From Bacteroidota bacterium (GTDB lineage: Bacteria; Bacteroidota; Bacteroidia; Bacteroidales; JAIPAH01): DNA of 63,107 bases. A model generated the notes under the pieces. It searched no databases, was not told where the DNA came from, and saw nothing but the letters and a program-made list of their open reading frames with translations. The position numbers and the translations under genes were made by a program. Below, piece after piece: positions 56,415-63,107 of this stretch; the first letter of the stretch is position 1, and each line of letters opens with the position of its first letter. Location: NCBI GenBank assembly GCA_021767705.1, contig JAASSU010000002.1, positions 1 through 63,107 of the forward strand, written 5' to 3'.

Positions 56415-57701
56415 ATGAATTACCAGGAAACTCTCGACTACATGTACAGCCAGCTGCCTATGTTTCAGCGCATCGGCCGCCCGGCATTTAAGCCTGATTT
56501 GGGAAACAGCTACAAACTGATGGAGATGTTAGGCCATCCGGAAAAGAAATTCAAGAGCATCCATATTGCCGGAACCAACGGGAAAGGCTCTACCGCACAT
56601 CTGCTCACCTCTGTCTTTATGGAAAAAGGGTTAAAAACAGGATTGTACACCAGTCCGCACCTTAAAGATTTCAGGGAGCGCATCACCGTTTCAGGAGAGA
56701 AAGTCAGCGAAGGTTTTGTCGTGGAATTCATGGAAAAACACAAAGACAAGCTGGCGGAAATTGGCTGCTCCTTTTTCGAGATGACCGTAGGGATGGCCTT
56801 CGACTGGTTTGCCTGGCAGTCGGTAGACATCGCCATCATAGAAGTGGGAATGGGCGGACGGTTGGACTCCACAAACGTCATCACTCCTGAACTCTCAATC
56901 ATCACTAACATCGGGCTCGATCACACCTTTTTTCTTGGCGATTCATTGGATAAAATCGCCGGAGAGAAAGCCGGAATCATAAAACAAAGGGTTCCGGTCA
57001 TCATCGGGAAAACCCAAAAAGAAACAAGCCCGGTGTTTGATAAGTTTGCCAATGAAAATCAATCACCAATCCTTTATGCCGATCAGGCCCTTAAACTCGA
57101 AGGAGTAAAACAGAATATTGAATCTATCACCATTGAAAAAGCTACATTGGATGGCACCATGATTTTATCTGATATAGAAACACCGCTTGCAGGCTCGTAT
57201 CAAACCGACAATATCAGAACGGCCCTGCTCGCTGCCCTCTTCCTGAAAAAGGAATGGAAAATCACCCCCCAGCACATTCAAAATGGATTGAAAAAGGTTA
57301 TCCAAAACACAAAATTGCAGGGGCGCTGGCAAAAGCTGAGCGATCGTCCTCTTGCATACTGCGATACAGCCCATAACACCGAAGGAATAGAGCTGGTGCT
57401 GAAGCAGCTGAAAGAAATCCCGAAAGAAAAGCTTCACTTTGTGTTGGGAGTGGTCAACGATAAAAACCTCGATGCCGTGATGAAGATGCTTCCGAAAGAG
57501 GCCCATTACTACTTTTGCAAGGCCGATATCCCACGTGGCAGGGATGCATATGAGCTCATGGAAAGAGCCAGTGAACACCGCCTTCATGGGGAAGTGTATG
57601 CTTCGGTGAAAGAAGCCTATGAAAGTGCAGTAAAAAATGCTTCCGAACGTGATGTAGTATTTGTTGGCGGCAGTACATTTACGGTGGCGGAAGTGCTCTA
57701 A
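56415..57701 (+). CDS. folC: Bifunctional folylpolyglutamate synthase / dihydrofolate synthase
   Basis: IHIAGTNGKGST P-loop and a Mur-ligase fold. I chose the start at MNYQETLDYMY (56415). Confidence 0.9.
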   Translation: MNYQETLDYMYSQLPMFQRIGRPAFKPDLGNSYKLMEMLGHPEKKFKSIHIAGTNGKGSTAHLLTSVFMEKGLKTGLYTSPHLKDFRERITVSGEKVSEGFVVEFMEKHKDKLAEIGCSFFEMTVGMAFDWFAWQSVDIAIIEVGMGGRLDSTNVITPELSIITNIGLDHTFFLGDSLDKIAGEKAGIIKQRVPVIIGKTQKETSPVFDKFANENQSPILYADQALKLEGVKQNIESITIEKATLDGTMILSDIETPLAGSYQTDNIRTALLAALFLKKEWKITPQHIQNGLKKVIQNTKLQGRWQKLSDRPLAYCDTAHNTEGIELVLKQLKEIPKEKLHFVLGVVNDKNLDAVMKMLPKEAHYYFCKADIPRGRDAYELMERASEHRLHGEVYASVKEAYESAVKNASERDVVFVGGSTFTVAEVL

Positions 57702-57901
57702 GCCCCCTGCAGGAGCGGGAATACGGTTATTTCATCGCCGTCTTCCAGCTTTAACTTCAGGTATTGCAGCCGGTCAACAAATTCCTCGTTTCTGAACACC
57801 ACAAACAACTGTGTATTAGACTTCAGGCTGTCGATCACATCCTGTATAACCAGCTCCTCCTGTTTAAAATCTTGTGCCTTTCCATTTATGATTATCTTCA
57901 T
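57698..57901 (-). CDS. ThiS/MoaD-like beta-grasp protein with a non-canonical C-terminus (…LLQGA)
   Basis: 67 aa with ThiS-like length and pattern (MKIIINGK...EDGDEITVFPLLQGA). Its start overlaps the thiF-like stop (ATGA). It ends Gly-Ala rather than Gly-Gly. Confidence 0.6.
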   Translation of the reverse strand: MKIIINGKAQDFKQEELVIQDVIDSLKSNTQLFVVFRNEEFVDRLQYLKLKLEDGDEITVFPLLQGA

Positions 57902-58491
57902 GATGCGCCTCCTTTATCCAAGAGAATTTCCATGGCAGTATTGGCTTGCATGGCCGCCACCAGCGCAATACGGGGAGCAAAATGCGGCAGGTCCTCAGAA
58001 ACCTGTGTTTTCAAATCACCACAGATGTATAGGTTTCCTTTTCGATGAAGTTTTATTTCTTCAGACTTTCCGTACCCGGCCAGCCCCACCCCCGAAACCA
58101 CAGGCGTTTGGGGTAAATACTTCAGGGTCGACTCAATGATCGTCTGTTTGGTCTTCGGAGCGTCCACCGCTTCAATAATCACATCGCAGGTGCGAAAAAG
58201 CTCTGCCACATCTGAAGGGCAAAGCCTTACATCAAAAGTATATACTTTCGCATCCGGATTGGCATCCTCGATATTGTCTTTCAAAGCATTGATTTTAAGC
58301 CTTCCTTCCTGACTGGTGAAAAAGCATTGCCGGTTCATGGCTTTCCTTTGTACGATATCAAAATCCACCAGGAAAAATGTTCCTACTCCGGCACGGGCCA
58401 GCGACATGGCCGCGTGCGTTCCAAGACCACCACATCCGGCAATTCCTATAACTTTTTCAGACAGTCTCTTTTCTATCTCTTTTCTTTTCAT
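57898..58491 (-). CDS. thiF: ThiF-family (short, 'family 2') adenylyltransferase / E1-like enzyme
   Basis: 197 aa with the nucleotide-binding loop IAGCGGLGTHAAMSLARAGVG and DFD. It matches my recollection of the short ThiF clade of Bacteroides and Campylobacter. Confidence 0.75.
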   Translation of the reverse strand: MKRKEIEKRLSEKVIGIAGCGGLGTHAAMSLARAGVGTFFLVDFDIVQRKAMNRQCFFTSQEGRLKINALKDNIEDANPDAKVYTFDVRLCPSDVAELFRTCDVIIEAVDAPKTKQTIIESTLKYLPQTPVVSGVGLAGYGKSEEIKLHRKGNLYICGDLKTQVSEDLPHFAPRIALVAAMQANTAMEILLDKGGAS

Positions 58492-58579
58492 TCAATTGGT
58501 TAGCGTCTTAGAAAATCAAATATAGTAAAATATTTAGATGGGTATACATATTTTTATGATTATTATTCAACTAAACAAT

Positions 58580-58610
58580 TTTGATCTTTAGAAAGAATTT
58601 CATACCTTTG
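58580..58610 (+). promoter_or_regulatory. Bacteroidota-type promoter (-33 TTTG / -7 TAccTTTG) for the Abi gene
   Basis: TTTG at 58580-58583 and TACCTTTG at 58603-58610, separated by 19 nt, which is the consensus spacing as I recall it. Confidence 0.45.
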
Positions 58611-58619
58611 TAACAACAT

Positions 58620-58671
58620 GCTTATCCCGCTTCCCATGAGAACAGCGCGCTCAGGATAAGCTTTTTTATTT
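58620..58671 (+). terminator. Intrinsic-terminator-like hairpin plus T-tract inside the Abi leader (candidate attenuator)
   Basis: GCTTATCC (58620-58627) pairs with GGATAAGC (58654-58661), with an inner CGCT/AGCG pairing, followed by TTTTTTATTT. The hairpin-plus-T-tract element ends 17 nt before the ATG at 58689. Confidence 0.5.
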
Positions 58672-58688
58672 GGGCCCACTTATTTATC

Positions 58689-59588
58689 ATGAGAAAACAG
58701 TATCAAAAACCAGCTTTAAATTATAAACAGCAACTACAAAAACTGAAGCAACGCGGCTTAATCATTGAAAATGAAAGCAAAGCCAAACATTTACTTGAAA
58801 CCATTAGTTATTATCGGCTAAGTGGTTATTGGTACCCTCTTTTAAAAGATAAAGAAAATCATCATTTTAAAGAAAATGCTTCATTCGAGTCTGCCTTTCG
58901 GCTTTACAAGTTTGATAGAGAACTTCGTTTATTAATGCTTCGAGAACTGGAAAAAATCGAAATAGGAATCAGGGCGAAACTGATCTACATTCTCTCACAT
59001 AATAAAAATACATTCTGGTATACCGAGTCTAATCATTTTATTAACCCTGTATCTTTTGGAAAGACACTAACAAAAATGCATAATGAGTATAAAAAAAATG
59101 ATGATCAGTTTATTAATGCCTTTAAGAAAAAGTATTATGATACAATACCTCCAAGCTGGATCATGCTAGAGATAACTTCCTTTGGTTCTCTCAGTTACTT
59201 ATATCAAAACCTAAAACCATGTAAATCTAAAACAGACATAGCTAATTTTTTTGGTCTAAATGAGAAAGTCTTTTCTTCTTGGTTACATAGTTTGGTCTAT
59301 CTGAGAAATGTTTGTGCTCATCACAGCCGGCTTTGGAATCGTACCATGAGTATACAACCAATGTTTCCAAAGAAACCTAAAAACCAATGGTTAACTCATT
59401 CAAACATACTAAACAACAAGGTATATTTTTTCTTTTCAATGATTCTTTATCTCTTAAACACAATCAATCCGGGAAACTCTGCCGCAAAAAGAATAGTTGA
59501 TTTACTAGAAGAATTCCCTTCCATTGATCTGAAAGCAATGGGGTTTCCGGATAGCTGGCGCAGCGAAACCCTATGGATAAATAAATAA
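58689..59588 (+). CDS. Abi_2-family abortive-infection protein (AbiD/AbiF-like)
   Basis: 299 aa with YYRLSGYWYP and LRNVCAHHSRLWNR motifs characteristic of Abi_2. It is strongly AT-rich relative to its neighbours. Confidence 0.88.
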   Translation: MRKQYQKPALNYKQQLQKLKQRGLIIENESKAKHLLETISYYRLSGYWYPLLKDKENHHFKENASFESAFRLYKFDRELRLLMLRELEKIEIGIRAKLIYILSHNKNTFWYTESNHFINPVSFGKTLTKMHNEYKKNDDQFINAFKKKYYDTIPPSWIMLEITSFGSLSYLYQNLKPCKSKTDIANFFGLNEKVFSSWLHSLVYLRNVCAHHSRLWNRTMSIQPMFPKKPKNQWLTHSNILNNKVYFFFSMILYLLNTINPGNSAAKRIVDLLEEFPSIDLKAMGFPDSWRSETLWINK

Positions 59589-59594
59589 TCTATT

Positions 59595-59629
59595 AAAAAA
59601 GGGCTGCCTCTGTGAGACAGCCCTTTTTT
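59595..59629. terminator. Bidirectional rho-independent terminator between the Abi gene and the convergent ALDH gene
   Basis: AAAAAA-GGGCTGCCTC-TGT-GAGACAGCCC-TTTTTT: the stem has one mismatch and is flanked by an A-run and a T-run. Confidence 0.75.
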
Positions 59630-59649
59630 AATAAGTACTGATTGATTTA

Positions 59650-61212
59650 TTACAAATCAAATTCAATGCCCTGTGCGAGTGGCATAGTAGTACCATAGTT
59701 AACGGTGTTGGTCTGGCGGCGCATGTAGGTTTTCCATGCGTCGCTACCTGACTCACGTCCGCCACCGGTATCCTTCTCACCACCAAAGGCGCCACCAATT
59801 TCAGCACCTGAAGTACCGATGTTTACATTGGCAATACCGCAATCTGATCCAACAGCAGAAAGGAATTTCTCTGTTTCGTGGATGTTGGATGAGAAAATAG
59901 ATGACGACAATCCCTGAGGCACATCATTATGCATCTCAATGGCTTCATCAATATCGCTGTACTTGATGAGGTAAAGCAGCGGAGCAAATGTTTCTTCCTG
60001 AACGATGTTGTATTCGTTCTTCACCTCAGCAATAGCTGGGATAACATAAGTGCCAACGCCGTTGCTGTCTTCAACAACCTCGCCACCATAAATCACTTTA
60101 CCACCTTCTTTCTTCACTTCTTCTATTGCTTTAAGGTACTCTTCCACGCCATACTTATCAATCATAGGCCCAACAATGGTATCATCGTTTAGCGGATGTC
60201 CTACTTTTTCAGGAAGTTGCGCATAAGCCCTCAGAAGCTTTTCCTTGAACTCATCATACACCTTTTCATTCAGGATGATTCGACGTGTGGAAGTACAACG
60301 CTGTCCGGTAGTACCTACAGCTCCAAAAATGGTAGCTCTAACAGCCATATCCACATCGGCGTGCTCAGAAACAATTATTGCATTGTTTCCACCTAATTCG
60401 AGGATGGTTTTACCGAGCCGCTGACCTACTTTTACGGCCACGCGACGACCCAGAGGAGTAGAACCAGTGGCCGAGATTAACGGGATGCGCTTGTCTTCGA
60501 GCATGGTATCACCTATATCTCTTGAGCTTCCGGCTACAAGGTTAATGATACCTTCAGGCATGTTGTTGTCTTTCAACACTTTTTGCATCAGATTCATAAC
60601 TGCTATAGAGCAGAACATCACCTTGGATGAAGGTTTCCAAACTACCGTGTCGCCAGCAATAAGTGCCAGCATGGTATTCCATGCCCACACAGCTACCGGA
60701 AAGTTAAACGCAGTAATTACACCTACTACTCCCAGCGGATGATACTGCTCCGACAAGCGGTGGTTTTCACGCTCTGAATGCGTATTGTTTCCGTAAAGCA
60801 TTCTTGACTGACCTAAAGCAAAATCAGCGATATCAATCATCTCCTGAACCTCGCCCATACCTTCCTGGTAAATTTTTCCCATTTCGTACGAAACGATTGT
60901 AGCCAGTGCTTCTTTGTTTTGACGCAGGGCATCCCCCATCTGCCTGACAATTTCGCCACGCTTGGGGGCAGGAACTTTACGCCATTCTTTAAACGCTTTG
61001 TGGGCAGTGCTTACCACTTTTTCGTAATCTTCACCAATGGCCAGTTTTACTGATCCGATTTTCTTTCCGTCGGCAGGTGAATAAGAAGCTTGCTCTTTAC
61101 CACCTGTTTCGTGCCATTGCTGTCCGGTGCATGCACCATAAAAAACTTCCTTATCGAGCCCCAGTTTCTTTAGGTTCTTTTCTATCGGGAAATTTGTTTT
61201 GATCTCTTTCAT
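59650..61212 (-). CDS. ALDH7 (antiquitin)-type aldehyde dehydrogenase, probable alpha-aminoadipic/piperideine-6-carboxylate semialdehyde dehydrogenase
   Basis: Long collinear identity to ALDH7A1 as I recall it: EGMGEVQE..., ITAFNFPVAVW, ELGGNNA, GQRCTS, GAEIGGAFGGEK.TGGGRESGSDAWK.YMRR. Confidence 0.88.
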   Translation of the reverse strand: MKEIKTNFPIEKNLKKLGLDKEVFYGACTGQQWHETGGKEQASYSPADGKKIGSVKLAIGEDYEKVVSTAHKAFKEWRKVPAPKRGEIVRQMGDALRQNKEALATIVSYEMGKIYQEGMGEVQEMIDIADFALGQSRMLYGNNTHSERENHRLSEQYHPLGVVGVITAFNFPVAVWAWNTMLALIAGDTVVWKPSSKVMFCSIAVMNLMQKVLKDNNMPEGIINLVAGSSRDIGDTMLEDKRIPLISATGSTPLGRRVAVKVGQRLGKTILELGGNNAIIVSEHADVDMAVRATIFGAVGTTGQRCTSTRRIILNEKVYDEFKEKLLRAYAQLPEKVGHPLNDDTIVGPMIDKYGVEEYLKAIEEVKKEGGKVIYGGEVVEDSNGVGTYVIPAIAEVKNEYNIVQEETFAPLLYLIKYSDIDEAIEMHNDVPQGLSSSIFSSNIHETEKFLSAVGSDCGIANVNIGTSGAEIGGAFGGEKDTGGGRESGSDAWKTYMRRQTNTVNYGTTMPLAQGIEFDL

Positions 61213-61319
61213 TTGTATCGATTCTTTTTGTTGTTTTCACCATCTCAAAAAAAATGAGTGGCTTCAGTTTTCCAGGTTTAACCTGGTATTTAGTTTTTGA
61301 TTTAGATTTTTAAAACCAG

Positions 61320-61341
61320 GAATCCGGCCGCAGCCGGATTC
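61320..61341 (-). terminator. Hairpin after pruA (probable terminator)
   Basis: GAATCCGGC (61320-61328) pairs with GCCGGATTC (61333-61341) around a 4-nt loop. A U-rich stretch follows on the minus strand after 5 nt. Confidence 0.5.
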
Positions 61342-61354
61342 TCATTTTAGAGTA

Positions 61355-62980
61355 TTATCCCATGTATGGGTATTTGAAATCCACCGGAGGATTCAGGTTT
61401 TCTTTTATCGCACGTTGTGTAATCCAACGCGAGAGATTCAGCACACTACCGGCCTTGTCGTTGGTTCCTGAAGAGCGTGAGCCACCAAAGGGCTGCTGAC
61501 CCACAACAGCTCCGGTAGGCTTATCGTTGATGTAGAAGTTACCGGCAGCATGGTTGAGCTTTCTTTCAGCTTCAACAACAGCATAGCGGTCGCGAGAGAA
61601 AATCGCGCCGGTCAATCCGAAGATTGATGTTTCATCCAGCAGCTCAAGCGTCTCACTATACTTCTCATCTTCATAAACATAAACCGTCAGCACAGGACCA
61701 AACAGTTCTTCTTCCATCGTGATATATTTCGGATCTTTTGCCTCAATGACAGTAGGCTCAATAAAGAACCCTTTCGATTTGTCGGCAGCACCGCCAATGA
61801 CGATTTCCGCATCAGCATCCTTTTTCGCATTCTCGAGGAATCCGGCGATGTTGTCGAAAGAAGCTTCATCAATAACAGCACCCATAAATGTTGAGAAGTC
61901 GGCCACATCTCCCATTTTGATTTCTGCTATCATTTCCTTCATGCGCTTCAGCACGTCGCTCCACATCGATTTTGGGATGTAGGCCCTTGAAGCAGCAGAA
62001 CATTTTTGTCCCTGGTATTCAAAAGCACCACGAACAAGAGCTGTTGCCACCTCGTCCACTTGCGAAGAAGGGTGAACCATCACAAAATCTTTTCCGCCGG
62101 TTTCACCCACGATGCGTGGATACTGCTTGTAATTTTCGATGTTTTTACCAATCGACTTCCACAGGTAATCGAAGGTTCCTTTTGAACCAGTAAAGTGGAG
62201 ACCACCAAGGTGCTCGCTTGAGAGGCATTCGCCACCAATTACTGAACCTTTACCAGGAACGAAGTTGATAACTCCTGCAGGCAATCCGGCCTCTTCATAA
62301 ACCTTCATCAGGTAATAGTTCGACAGCAGGGAAGTTGTTGCAGGCTTCCAAACAGACACATTACCCATAAGTGCGGGAGCCATCGGAAGGTTTGAAGCAA
62401 TGGCTGTAAAGTTGAAAGGCGTTACAGCAAAAACAAACCCTTCGAGCGGACGATATTCTGTGCGGTTGATAATCCCGTCTACTGATAAAGGCTGCTCGGC
62501 ATAGATTTTTCCCATGTAGTGTGAGTTGAAACGGTGAAAATCTGCTGCTTCAGCAACCGCTTCAATCTCAGCCTGGTGAGGGGTTTTACTCTGCCCCAGC
62601 ATCGTAGAGGCGTTCATTAAGTAACGGTACTTAGTTGTGATAAGCTCAGCCACTTTCATGGCGATAGAAGCGCGATCGATCCAGGGAGTGTTTTCCCACT
62701 CTTCTTTTGCTTTCATAGCCGCATCGATAGCCATCTGCACTTCTTTTTTTCCTGCTTTATGATACTTTGCCAGCACATGGCTGTGATCGTGAGGCTTCAC
62801 AACGTCTCCAAGGTCACCGGTTTTTATTTCTTTTCCACCGATAATCAAAGGAATTTCGATTTGCTGATTTTCCTGTCGTTTAAGTTCTTTCTGTAGTTCT
62901 TCGCGTTCTTTAGTGCCGGGAGCGTAAGAGAGAGGTGCTTCGTTCTCCGGCCTTTCGAATCTAAAAAGTGATTTATCCAT
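61355..62980 (-). CDS. pruA: L-glutamate gamma-semialdehyde (1-pyrroline-5-carboxylate) dehydrogenase
   Basis: 541 aa. ALDH fold with ETGGKDF and GQKCSAASR, and the C-terminal GGSRSSGTNDKAGS typical of PruA/RocA. Confidence 0.88.
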   Translation of the reverse strand: MDKSLFRFERPENEAPLSYAPGTKEREELQKELKRQENQQIEIPLIIGGKEIKTGDLGDVVKPHDHSHVLAKYHKAGKKEVQMAIDAAMKAKEEWENTPWIDRASIAMKVAELITTKYRYLMNASTMLGQSKTPHQAEIEAVAEAADFHRFNSHYMGKIYAEQPLSVDGIINRTEYRPLEGFVFAVTPFNFTAIASNLPMAPALMGNVSVWKPATTSLLSNYYLMKVYEEAGLPAGVINFVPGKGSVIGGECLSSEHLGGLHFTGSKGTFDYLWKSIGKNIENYKQYPRIVGETGGKDFVMVHPSSQVDEVATALVRGAFEYQGQKCSAASRAYIPKSMWSDVLKRMKEMIAEIKMGDVADFSTFMGAVIDEASFDNIAGFLENAKKDADAEIVIGGAADKSKGFFIEPTVIEAKDPKYITMEEELFGPVLTVYVYEDEKYSETLELLDETSIFGLTGAIFSRDRYAVVEAERKLNHAAGNFYINDKPTGAVVGQQPFGGSRSSGTNDKAGSVLNLSRWITQRAIKENLNPPVDFKYPYMG

Positions 62981-63107
62981 TTTGGTGTCGTTTTTTAATA
63001 ATTTTTATTGCGGTCAAAGGTACAATATTTACAATATTTTCAAAAGGTTCACAGCTTTCTGTTGGTTGGTTTTATTGCATATAGCGTATATTTATGACTT
63101 GAGAAAG

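Noticed and set aside
58492-58688. A possible TPP riboswitch upstream of thiF (minus strand)
   Set aside because: The reverse complement lacks the conserved CUGAGA...ACCUGAUCUGGAUAAUGCCAGCG core. The only strong structure is oriented with its T-tract on the plus strand and fits the Abi leader better.
1-63107. A search for tRNA, rRNA, CRISPR arrays, transposases or integrases
   Set aside because: I saw no cloverleaf-like GTTCGAATC-type T-arm context, no regularly spaced direct repeats and no DDE or tyrosine-recombinase ORF. This was a by-eye scan only, so tRNAscan-SE, Infernal and CRISPR finders should be run to confirm absence.

Overview
This is a 63.1-kb chromosomal window from a Bacteroidota-type genome. 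The assignment rests on the type IX secretion and gliding genes porU, porV, porP/sprF and gldJ, on TAnnTTTG -7 promoter boxes, and on the absence of Shine-Dalgarno sites. It is densely coded, with about 55 genes. No rRNA, tRNA, CRISPR array or transposase was recognised. Housekeeping content: the str operon (rpsL-rpsG-fusA plus the first codons of rpsJ), a UvrD-type helicase, murA, grpE-dnaJ, an ABC-2 exporter, a sigma-54 response regulator, a RecD-like helicase, a histidine kinase, an MFS transporter, alr, ispF, murF, anmK, exbB-exbD-tonB, an M13 peptidase, folC, and two aldehyde dehydrogenases (ALDH7-type and pruA). The most unusual region is a tightly coupled seven-gene minus-strand operon at 20792-29606. 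It encodes an EgtD-like N-methyltransferase, a class I/II aminotransferase, an alpha/beta-hydrolase-OsmC fusion, a Rieske-GltS(FMN) fusion, an unknown 268-aa protein, a TauE/SafE exporter and a Rieske-TPP enzyme fusion. I cannot assign this gene set to any described pathway, so it is my main candidate for an undescribed metabolic or redox system. Other notable items: (1) two tandem full-length PorU sortase paralogs next to porV; (2) an AT-rich Abi_2 abortive-infection gene whose leader has a promoter followed by an intrinsic terminator; (3) an orphan ThiF-ThiS pair whose carrier lacks the C-terminal Gly-Gly; (4) a sigma-54 activator with no DNA-binding domain and a GSFTSA loop; (5) MurA with Asp in place of the fosfomycin-target Cys; (6) an ECF sigma / ZAS anti-sigma module followed by an apparently internally deleted CMD-family gene; (7) a 0.5-kb non-coding gap containing a perfect 19-bp hairpin. 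All functional calls come from reading motifs by eye. No database search was run.
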